A stretch of 64,000 nucleotides of DNA from an uncultured virus (IMG/VR IMGVR_UViG_3300028048_003162). Taxonomy: Duplodnaviria > Heunggongvirae > Uroviricota > Caudoviricetes. Under the pieces are notes generated by a model, which was given only the letters and a program-made list of their open reading frames with translations, was not told the DNA's origin and searched no databases. How positions within the stretch are numbered: the stretch's first letter is position 1; each line of letters opens with the position of its first letter. The position numbers and the translations under genes are program-made. The DNA lies in the IMG/VR virus record IMGVR_UViG_3300028048_003162. The stretch is one strand, 5' to 3'. Shown piece by piece: positions 30,903 through 38,883 of this stretch.

Positions 30903-32318
30903 ATGGACAAGTATTTAATTAACAGTGACCTTCACGGTTACAACAAACAGGAGATAAATAGTTTTGATGCATCTGATGTAAAAGATAGTTTGATCATTAC
31001 AGTTGTAAATAAAAGCTGTGATGATAAAGTAGGTGCATATTACAAAATGGTTAGAAATGCACTAAGCAACTTCAATAGAGTCATTCTTATTGGAGTAGAT
31101 GATGAAAACAGAGTGTTTAAGACACTGGCTTGTTTGATGACTACATACAGAGCATACGATATTTACACAGTGGATTCTGAAGAGTCTCTGTCAATTAAAG
31201 AAGTACTTGCTATGGAGGATAGACATCCTGACTTAACAGAGGTTCAGACATATATAGGTGGAGATGTTACAGCCTATAGTGATATGTCAGCAATACTATT
31301 TGGTATTGAGAGTTTAGTTTCTGAAGGGAACTCTGATAAATTAAAAGAGTACTTAAATGAGCATATGCTTAGCATTGAAAACTTAACATCAACATTGGAT
31401 AGTATGAAAAAGACATGTGACATTTTCAACAGTGACGAGTTGATTGATAAGATCAACAAGTTAGTTGAGGAAAAGAAAGAATTAAGTGCAGAGATAGATG
31501 TCAAGGATACAAAGTTGAAAGGCTTGGAATATGATAAGACAAAGCTTAAGGTTGATTATGAGACATTACAGAGAGAGAATAGGAAAATAGTTTCAGAGAA
31601 AGAAGCAATGGAGGCATCAGCTAATCTTGGTGGAAATGTGTTGAAAGCATATAAACCTATTAAAACACCATTGATTCATTGCAGGACTAAAATAGTTCTG
31701 TACTTTAAGGAAATATCTTATGTACAGTATGTAAATAGTTTAGTCACACATCTTTTGTATATGCTTACATCTGTAATGAAGATCAAGGCAAAGTTATTGA
31801 TTTATGATACACAAACTAATATGTACTCATCATATGGTAGTTTAAGAATTGTTTCAAGCCAGGCTTATATATCTAGTAAGCATGGACTTATTAGTAAGAA
31901 TAAGGCATTTGTAGTTTCAGAGCCTAACAGTTCAATTATTAAGGATGTGCTTGAATCAGATCAATCATTCGACGTTGTAATTGTCTATGACAGAATGAAA
32001 AATCCGATTGACGTAGTTGAAGGAAATAACGTTTATAAGTTCTTTGTCATTAATTCTAGTCAGGAGTTTTCAAAGATGTACAAGGAACTTAAGATTAAAG
32101 ATCTTGACTATGTAATTACAAGACCTGGTAGTACAATTGGATTACATGAGAAAGATACCTTTGAGGGCAGCTACATTGATATACCTAGCATTGATGATTA
32201 TTCAAAGGCAACAAATTCAGCTAAGCTTTCAAAGTATATAAGGTTAGCGTCAATGAATGATAAACAGAACATTTTGAATAAAATTCAAAAATTGGCAAAT
32301 ATTGATAGCATGAGATAA
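30903..32318 (+). CDS. Coiled-coil protein with possible degenerate ParA-like C-terminal domain
   Basis: Central heptad coiled coil; KLLIYD and FDVVIVYDR resemble ParA strands but there is no Walker A. Confidence 0.6.
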   Translation: MDKYLINSDLHGYNKQEINSFDASDVKDSLIITVVNKSCDDKVGAYYKMVRNALSNFNRVILIGVDDENRVFKTLACLMTTYRAYDIYTVDSEESLSIKEVLAMEDRHPDLTEVQTYIGGDVTAYSDMSAILFGIESLVSEGNSDKLKEYLNEHMLSIENLTSTLDSMKKTCDIFNSDELIDKINKLVEEKKELSAEIDVKDTKLKGLEYDKTKLKVDYETLQRENRKIVSEKEAMEASANLGGNVLKAYKPIKTPLIHCRTKIVLYFKEISYVQYVNSLVTHLLYMLTSVMKIKAKLLIYDTQTNMYSSYGSLRIVSSQAYISSKHGLISKNKAFVVSEPNSSIIKDVLESDQSFDVVIVYDRMKNPIDVVEGNNVYKFFVINSSQEFSKMYKELKIKDLDYVITRPGSTIGLHEKDTFEGSYIDIPSIDDYSKATNSAKLSKYIRLASMNDKQNILNKIQKLANIDSMR

Positions 32319-32411
32319 ATAAAGAGATAGGCAAGGATATAAAGAGAGATCAACAGGGTTAAACTTATGGTTTAGCCCTGTAAAAATAAAAAGGCAATAG
32401 AGGGTTGAGAT

Positions 32412-34601
32412 ATGTTTGGGAAGAAAAGTAATCAGAAAAAAGGAAATGACTTAAGTAAAAGAAAAAACAACGCTCAATTAAATAGTGAGGCAGAGAGAAA
32501 ACTTAAGGCATTGGGTCAAATGAGTACACGTAGTGATGTGAGAAGATCTAAAAGAAAAGAAAAGTTAGACATGTATGATATGATTGTGGCTAACTTGGTT
32601 GCAGGTAATTCAATTATCGAGCCTGAGCAGAAGTTGGATAGTAGTCAGCTGGCGATAGGGTTTAGCAATATTTCCTCAGAGACACAGCTTACAAAATATT
32701 TCATGATCAGTAAGTTTCCTGACTTCCTCAAGCCTAAGTTGATTGATACCATTAGAACAAGGTGTATGATGCCTGGTTTGAAAATAAACTTCTACTTCAA
32801 TGCTCAACCTCACCGTATCAATTGGGATTCACAGGAAATGATTAGTAGGATGAACATTTGGAAACAATATGCAGCTAAGCATGATGGACCTGTAGACGTA
32901 TTCCAATATAGAAAACAGCATGGTGAGGCAGCAGCACGTAATCGAATGATTATGTCTACTAAATACTTGAATGAGGCAGAGTTGGAATATAAGAGAAGCT
33001 TTATGAAAGTTTACTTCATCATTGAGGTTTCAGCTAAACGAACAGAGGAAAGTTTAGCAAACATGAGTGAGGCAATTTTGAAATTAAAAGAAATGTGCAA
33101 TCACTCTGATATAAAGCTTACAGAATTAAGAGTAAACATGATTGATTGGGTTAAGACCATTGGTCCTTTTAGTCTTAAGTCTATAAAAGAAATGAATGGT
33201 AAACTTGCTAAAAGAGTTCTGACAGATGATTTGTTAGCTAACTTTAACAGTTATAAGCAAGGACGTGTTGGAATTAAGGGAGTACCTCTTGGAATTGATA
33301 TTCTTAACAATGGTCCTGTAATGAGAGTGTTTAAGGAAGATCCTGATGGAGCAGATAATTGGTTGATTGCTGCAGCTACTGGTGGTGGTAAATCATATTG
33401 GTTAAAAACATTATTAACATATCTGTTAGCTGAGGGCTTCATTACTTGTATAATGGACTATGAGGGTGATGAATATACGCGTTTTGCTAACTTTGTAAGG
33501 GCAGGAAATCCTGAGGATGTTAAGATAGTATCAATGGGTAAGGGCAGCACAGTTTATTTTGATCCTTGTGAAATTCCTGATTTAACAGGTGATCCTGAAG
33601 TAGATGATACATTGAAAAAGAGTGCAATAAGTTTTATACTGTCTGTCTTTAGAATTATAGTTAATGGACTTGAGGGAGTTTTAACAAAAGAGGAAGAGCG
33701 TGTTATTTCACTAGCAATACAGAGGGTATATGATAGTGTGGGTGTTACAGATGATAAAGAGACATGGCATAGATCAAAAGGACTTAGGTTGAGTATGATC
33801 TATGATGAAATCAAATTCATGGTTGATAACAAAGAGCTTGTAGATGATGCTTCAGACAACTTGAAACATAAAGCTGCAGTATCAATTTTGGATTCAGCAA
33901 GTGTTTATTTTGAAGAGGGTGAAGCAAAATATGGTACATTCAAGAATCCTATGTCTGCAAATGAATTATATAAAGCTAAACTTGTTGTTTTCTCGTTTGG
34001 TATGCAAGGAGAGGATCAAGAGTCATCAGATCCTACAGAGCTAGCATTGAAGCAGTTGAGTGTAGCATATGTAAATATTAAGATCAGCAACTATTGTAAG
34101 TATGTTAGACATTGTTTCAATGTTAAGGTTTGGGAAGAGTTTCAGAGATATGGTGAAGCAAAAGGTAGTGCATCTACAATAGCTAACGTAATCACTGGTG
34201 GTCGTAAGAGGGGTGATGTTAATTTCATCATTACAAATGACTTGGGTGCAATGCTGGATGATGAAAACCTCCTGTCACAAAAGATTATACAGAACATTCA
34301 GAATTATGCAATTGGAAAAATCAAGGATACAAAGATAAGGAGAAAGTTCTGTGAGAAGCTAGACTTACAAGATGTACTTCCTGCACTTGATAATATAGCT
34401 AAGGCACATACAGCTAGACAGAATGGTTCTAAAAAGGCATCTGGTGCACAGAGTAGATACAAAAATGCTTTCTGCATTGTACTTGAAGAAGGAAAGAAAG
34501 CAGTTGTTAAAGTTAATTTGCCTCCTGCATTAAGAGAGTCAAACTTGTTTAAGACAGGAGTTGACACGAAAGAGGAGGAAGAGAGCAGGGAGGAAAGTTA
34601 A
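32412..34601 (+). CDS. VirB4/TraE-like type IV secretion ATPase
   Basis: GVPLGID, Walker A AATGGGKS, IMDYEGDEY, YFDPCEI, Walker B VWEEFQRY, GRKRG. Confidence 0.85.
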   Translation: MFGKKSNQKKGNDLSKRKNNAQLNSEAERKLKALGQMSTRSDVRRSKRKEKLDMYDMIVANLVAGNSIIEPEQKLDSSQLAIGFSNISSETQLTKYFMISKFPDFLKPKLIDTIRTRCMMPGLKINFYFNAQPHRINWDSQEMISRMNIWKQYAAKHDGPVDVFQYRKQHGEAAARNRMIMSTKYLNEAELEYKRSFMKVYFIIEVSAKRTEESLANMSEAILKLKEMCNHSDIKLTELRVNMIDWVKTIGPFSLKSIKEMNGKLAKRVLTDDLLANFNSYKQGRVGIKGVPLGIDILNNGPVMRVFKEDPDGADNWLIAAATGGGKSYWLKTLLTYLLAEGFITCIMDYEGDEYTRFANFVRAGNPEDVKIVSMGKGSTVYFDPCEIPDLTGDPEVDDTLKKSAISFILSVFRIIVNGLEGVLTKEEERVISLAIQRVYDSVGVTDDKETWHRSKGLRLSMIYDEIKFMVDNKELVDDASDNLKHKAAVSILDSASVYFEEGEAKYGTFKNPMSANELYKAKLVVFSFGMQGEDQESSDPTELALKQLSVAYVNIKISNYCKYVRHCFNVKVWEEFQRYGEAKGSASTIANVITGGRKRGDVNFIITNDLGAMLDDENLLSQKIIQNIQNYAIGKIKDTKIRRKFCEKLDLQDVLPALDNIAKAHTARQNGSKKASGAQSRYKNAFCIVLEEGKKAVVKVNLPPALRESNLFKTGVDTKEEEESREES

Positions 34602-34760
34602 ATGTATGCATTATTGTTTTTGTTACTTGTTGGAATAGTTTATGTATACTCCTTCAAAGAGAACTTTACAAAGGAAAAAGTAGACAAGATAGCAATGGTA
34701 ATGTTCGTGGGGGCAATACTTATTATCCTTCTTAGTTTATTAGGGAGTATAGGAAAATAA
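34602..34760 (+). CDS. Small two-TM protein, 52 aa (absent from the ORF track)
   Basis: MYALLFLLLVGIVYVYSFKENFTKEKVDKIAMVMFVGAILIILLSLLGSIGK; GGGAGG RBS; fills the gap between the two ATPase genes. Confidence 0.75.
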   Translation: MYALLFLLLVGIVYVYSFKENFTKEKVDKIAMVMFVGAILIILLSLLGSIGK

Positions 34761-34780
34761 AGGAACTGGAGGTGTGAACA

Positions 34781-37138
34781 GTGGGAATAAGTTTGAATAA
34801 CGTATCAGAAGCTGATAAGCAGAGAGTTTCAGATATGAGGAATCATCCTCAATATGAGTCAGGCTTTGAAGATGAATCTGGTGGTGATGGAAGTGAGGAG
34901 GATTTATTCAACGACATGTTTGGCGACGGTGATGGTTTTGGAGATTTTGGGAACGACAATGATGGGTTTGATAGTTTCACTAGTGGTGGTTCAGACTCAG
35001 GTTCAAGCTCAAGCTTTAGCTCTGGTGGTTTTGGAAATGACACTTTCAATAATGGGAACAACAATGGCTTTGGAAATAATACATTCAGCAGTAATGGGTT
35101 TGGCACTAATACATTTAACAGTAACAATACCTTTGGTAATACTGGTTTTGGTGGGTTTGGAGCACAACCTCAGCAACAACAGCAACAGGCACAGCCTGAT
35201 AGAATGGATGCAGTAGTAGATGCAAGTGTTGACCTTGCTAAAGATTTTGGTTCAGTATTAGGAGAAATGTTTCACAGTATTAAGTTGAGAAATGCAGATG
35301 ATTTTGGATACTTAAGTCGTAACCTAATAATGGCTGGTGCAGGATTTGCAGCTGCTGGCATTGTATTAAGTTTGATAGGTCTTGCAGGTCAAATTGGAGT
35401 ACTTAGGTTCTTTGGTTTCTCACATAATTTGGTATTTTGTGGAGCATTATCATTATGTAGTGGAATCATTGGTATGGGAACTTCAGCGTTGGTTCTTATG
35501 AAAGTTGGCGGAGAGATTGCAGAGAATGACAATGTAGATTCTTTACAGGACATACCTGATAGTGATGATAATCATACACAAGAGTATTCAGACAATATAG
35601 ATGATATATTGAATGACCTGTTTCAGGATGAGGATGATAGTGGTTTTATGGATGATACAAGTGAGTTGCAAGAGGACGAGCCTGAAGAACAGGGAGAGTC
35701 ACTTGAGTTAGAAGAGGATGAGGCACCTGAAATGGATCCTGGACCTTTAGATTTGACTGATGCACTTGATAATATTAGAGGCAATCAGGTAATTTCAAGA
35801 GAGACACTGTTTAATACATTCAAACCTTTGTTTCCGACTAACACAAGAGGTTTCTCAGACGTAACAGAAATCGAACCTGACAGTGATGTGTTTAATACAC
35901 TTGAGACTTATTGTATTAAAGCATTAGCAATTTTAGCTAACTGTGAGGAAGAGGAAGTAAACAGTGAATTATGCAGTGCTAAAGAGAATTATTTCTCTTA
36001 TGAATTAAGATTGAAGCGTATCAACAAGGTTAAGAGAACAGATATGCTAGCAACTGAAATCGAGAACTACATGAGGTCAAGTAGTGATGATGATTCAGTT
36101 AATGCAACTGTTTCAATTGAGGGAGACTTCTACAAGATAATTGTTACAAAGGGTGTTACAGCGGTAGTTACTTTTGGAGATGTATTTCAGCAGCAATATT
36201 GTTGTGACTTCTTCTTAAATGCTAAGAATCAGCTTCCAATGATTGCTGGTATCAATGAGTTAGGTGAGGTAATGCTTGAGGATGCTAAGATATTTGACAC
36301 TATGATGATTGCTGGTAAGCCTAGGTCAGGTAAGTCATGGTACGTATTAGGAGTGTTAGCAAGCTTAATGTTGTTTAATCCTCCTGAATCAGTTCAGTTC
36401 ATCATAGTAGATCCTAAGGGGTCTCACTTGTTTAAGACTTTGGCACTTATGCCTCATGTGTGTGGACTTCATGATGATAGTCATATACTTGATATATTAG
36501 ATGACATCATTAACGTTGAAGCTCCTAGACGTAAAGAGTTGTTAGATGCACATGAAGTCGATGATATCTGGGGTCTTAGAAAGAAGGGCGTTATGTTACC
36601 TGTGCTTTACTTGGTAATTGATGAGTATATGTCAGTACTTGGTAATTTGGGTAAGGATAGAAAAGAAGAGTTTGACACTAAAATCAAAATTCTTATCAGT
36701 CAGTTACCTTCGTTAGGCATTAGACTTATATTCGTACCTCATAGAGCAATGGGTGTCGTTGATAAGACAAACAGAACAATGATTCAATTTGCAGCAGCAG
36801 TAAGGGCTAACGTAGATGATGTAAAAGATACATTGAGTATTCAGAAGTGGTCACGTGCTTTAACAAATCAAGGTGACGTGGCAATTAAGTCATCATCAAT
36901 GAAAAACGCAATGTTTGTAAGAGGCGCAGCGTTAACAACTTCTGATGAGAGCAACTCAACGTTTATTGAGACAGCTGCAAAGGCATTCTATAAAATGGGT
37001 GTTGATTTACCTGACATGAGTACAATGAGGTTTGCAGTAAATAGAGATGAGGATACAATAAGAGAGCAGTTAGTTGGTAATGGAAACAGAATTCAATATG
37101 ATGCAGCAGCTACTATAGCAGAGGCAGACGCGATTTAG
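34781..37138 (+). CDS. FtsK/SpoIIIE-family ATPase, TcpA-like coupling protein candidate
   Basis: Two TMs; Walker A AGKPRSGKS, FIIVDPKG, Walker B LYLVIDEY, LGIRLIF; FG-rich disordered N-terminus. Confidence 0.85.
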   Translation: MGISLNNVSEADKQRVSDMRNHPQYESGFEDESGGDGSEEDLFNDMFGDGDGFGDFGNDNDGFDSFTSGGSDSGSSSSFSSGGFGNDTFNNGNNNGFGNNTFSSNGFGTNTFNSNNTFGNTGFGGFGAQPQQQQQQAQPDRMDAVVDASVDLAKDFGSVLGEMFHSIKLRNADDFGYLSRNLIMAGAGFAAAGIVLSLIGLAGQIGVLRFFGFSHNLVFCGALSLCSGIIGMGTSALVLMKVGGEIAENDNVDSLQDIPDSDDNHTQEYSDNIDDILNDLFQDEDDSGFMDDTSELQEDEPEEQGESLELEEDEAPEMDPGPLDLTDALDNIRGNQVISRETLFNTFKPLFPTNTRGFSDVTEIEPDSDVFNTLETYCIKALAILANCEEEEVNSELCSAKENYFSYELRLKRINKVKRTDMLATEIENYMRSSSDDDSVNATVSIEGDFYKIIVTKGVTAVVTFGDVFQQQYCCDFFLNAKNQLPMIAGINELGEVMLEDAKIFDTMMIAGKPRSGKSWYVLGVLASLMLFNPPESVQFIIVDPKGSHLFKTLALMPHVCGLHDDSHILDILDDIINVEAPRRKELLDAHEVDDIWGLRKKGVMLPVLYLVIDEYMSVLGNLGKDRKEEFDTKIKILISQLPSLGIRLIFVPHRAMGVVDKTNRTMIQFAAAVRANVDDVKDTLSIQKWSRALTNQGDVAIKSSSMKNAMFVRGAALTTSDESNSTFIETAAKAFYKMGVDLPDMSTMRFAVNRDEDTIREQLVGNGNRIQYDAAATIAEADAI

Positions 37139-37154
37139 AAATTGTTTAGCATGT

Positions 37155-37192
37155 ATACTAGCAGTAAATTATATACTGCTAGTATTTTTTTT
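37155..37192 (+). terminator. Rho-independent terminator
   Basis: ATACTAGCAGTA/TACTGCTAGTAT perfect stem plus T run. Confidence 0.85.
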
Positions 37193-37272
37193 ATTTTATT
37201 TTTAGCATTGGAAAAGGCATTAAGAATATAGAAAAAGAAAAGGAATTTTAATTTAGATTTGGAGGTGAGCAA

Positions 37273-38883
37273 ATGAATTTTTCAAGTAGCATGATGTCTG
37301 GAATGGGTATAAGTCTTGGCGGTTTAGAGATTGCAACTGATTATTTATATGCTAACCCTGAGTTTTATGAACCTGACTTGACAGAGGTCAAGGCTACTAT
37401 ATCAAATAAACCTAATAAGCAGTTAAAACCTAGGGTAAAGCCTGTAAAACCTAAGGTATCTAAAGAGAGTATCATTAGTAAATATAGTATTATACAGCCT
37501 AAACTGAAAGTGACAGCAGATGAGGTCATTGAGGATGATATGGTTGTGCAGGATGATAAGGATTTTGACTTCTCATTTGATGACTTTGACATGGGAGATA
37601 GTAAACAGGGACAATTAGAAAACGAAGTAGATAACATTGATGAAACAGAGACAGAGGAACAGGTTGTTTCAGATGCAGACTTAATAAATCAGATGTTAAT
37701 GCAGCAATTAGCAGGAAGGACAAGTGAAGTTTATGAGTCAGGCAGTGGCTCAGAGGATGGGGACGAAGTAGAAAACAAGATGGACATGGATAAAGATGAA
37801 TTAGACAATGAAATGGATGAAGATGATGCACTCCTAAATGAAATGTTTGGCAACGAGGAAGAGGATTCAGACAGTGATGATGAGTTACTTGCAGAGATGT
37901 TTGATGACGAGGACAGTGATGAAGAGTCAGAATCATATGAGGAAGAGTCAGATACAGAGGAAATAGAGAAAGCACCAGTGAGTTTTGAGGTTCAGGCACC
38001 TCAGAATCAAGTTGAATCTGCTGATAGTACACAAGAGATTGAAGATACAGACAGTTATAGCGAAGAGTCAGACATAGAAGATGATGACGATTTATTAAAT
38101 GAAATGTTTGATGATGAGGATGATAACTATGATGAGGAAGAGACAGACAGTTATGAAGATGGGGATACAGATGAAGATGATTTAGCAGACACCACAGAAG
38201 ACGAAACATACAATGAGGAAAATGAATTAAACAGTGCAGAGTATGAACAAGACAGCAGCGAAGATGATGAGGAAGAGTCAGATGATGATCTACTTGCTGA
38301 AATGTTTGGCGACGACATGGATGAATCAGAATATGATGAAAATGAGGATGATTCAGACATTGAGGAAAATGAAGAATATCCTGAGTTAGAGGATGATGAG
38401 CCTGAAGTTGATGTGTCAGACAATGAATCTGAATTGAGTAGTTTACCTACCAGCATTTCAGAAAATCAAAAAAGCATTGAAGAAAAATCGAGAGAGCAAG
38501 TTCAAGGAATCAATGTTTCGAATGAGAGTAAAGTCACCAGTGAGAATAGTGAAGAGAGTCTTCAGAAAAAGTTAGCAGAAGCTATGGCTGAAATAGAAAG
38601 GCTTAAAAACGGTTCAAGTAAACCTGCTGATAAAGAAGAGGCTACTAAAGATGATGCATCTGATAAAATAGAAAATAAAAAAGATAAATATATGATGTAT
38701 GCTGGCATGTCAACAGAAAAGTTGTATGGTCAGGTTAAAGAGTTTATGATTGCATCTAATGTTTCAAAGAAGCCTGTTGATTTAGCAGTGCTCTATGATA
38801 AGTTTGGAGATGCTAATGTAAAGAAGTTAATACATAAAAGTTATTTAATAAAATTAGGAAAAGGAGTAACAATAGGACGATGA
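37273..38883 (+). CDS. Extremely acidic protein with LLxEMF repeats and a small folded C-terminal domain
   Basis: Four LL[NA]EMF motifs in a D/E tract, short coiled coil, basic C-terminus; GGAGGTG RBS. Confidence 0.8.
   Translation: MNFSSSMMSGMGISLGGLEIATDYLYANPEFYEPDLTEVKATISNKPNKQLKPRVKPVKPKVSKESIISKYSIIQPKLKVTADEVIEDDMVVQDDKDFDFSFDDFDMGDSKQGQLENEVDNIDETETEEQVVSDADLINQMLMQQLAGRTSEVYESGSGSEDGDEVENKMDMDKDELDNEMDEDDALLNEMFGNEEEDSDSDDELLAEMFDDEDSDEESESYEEESDTEEIEKAPVSFEVQAPQNQVESADSTQEIEDTDSYSEESDIEDDDDLLNEMFDDEDDNYDEEETDSYEDGDTDEDDLADTTEDETYNEENELNSAEYEQDSSEDDEEESDDDLLAEMFGDDMDESEYDENEDDSDIEENEEYPELEDDEPEVDVSDNESELSSLPTSISENQKSIEEKSREQVQGINVSNESKVTSENSEESLQKKLAEAMAEIERLKNGSSKPADKEEATKDDASDKIENKKDKYMMYAGMSTEKLYGQVKEFMIASNVSKKPVDLAVLYDKFGDANVKKLIHKSYLIKLGKGVTIGR

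Noticed and set aside
32354..32381. Hairpin CAGGGTTAAAC/GTTTAGCCCTG before the VirB4-like gene as a terminator
   Set aside because: Followed by an A-run rather than a T-run on the + strand; function unclear, so not called.
34781..37138. Chromosomal cell-division FtsK or T7SS EssC
   Set aside because: Single ATPase domain, no recognisable C-terminal gamma domain, no WXG100 genes; adjacency to a VirB4-like gene favours a coupling protein.
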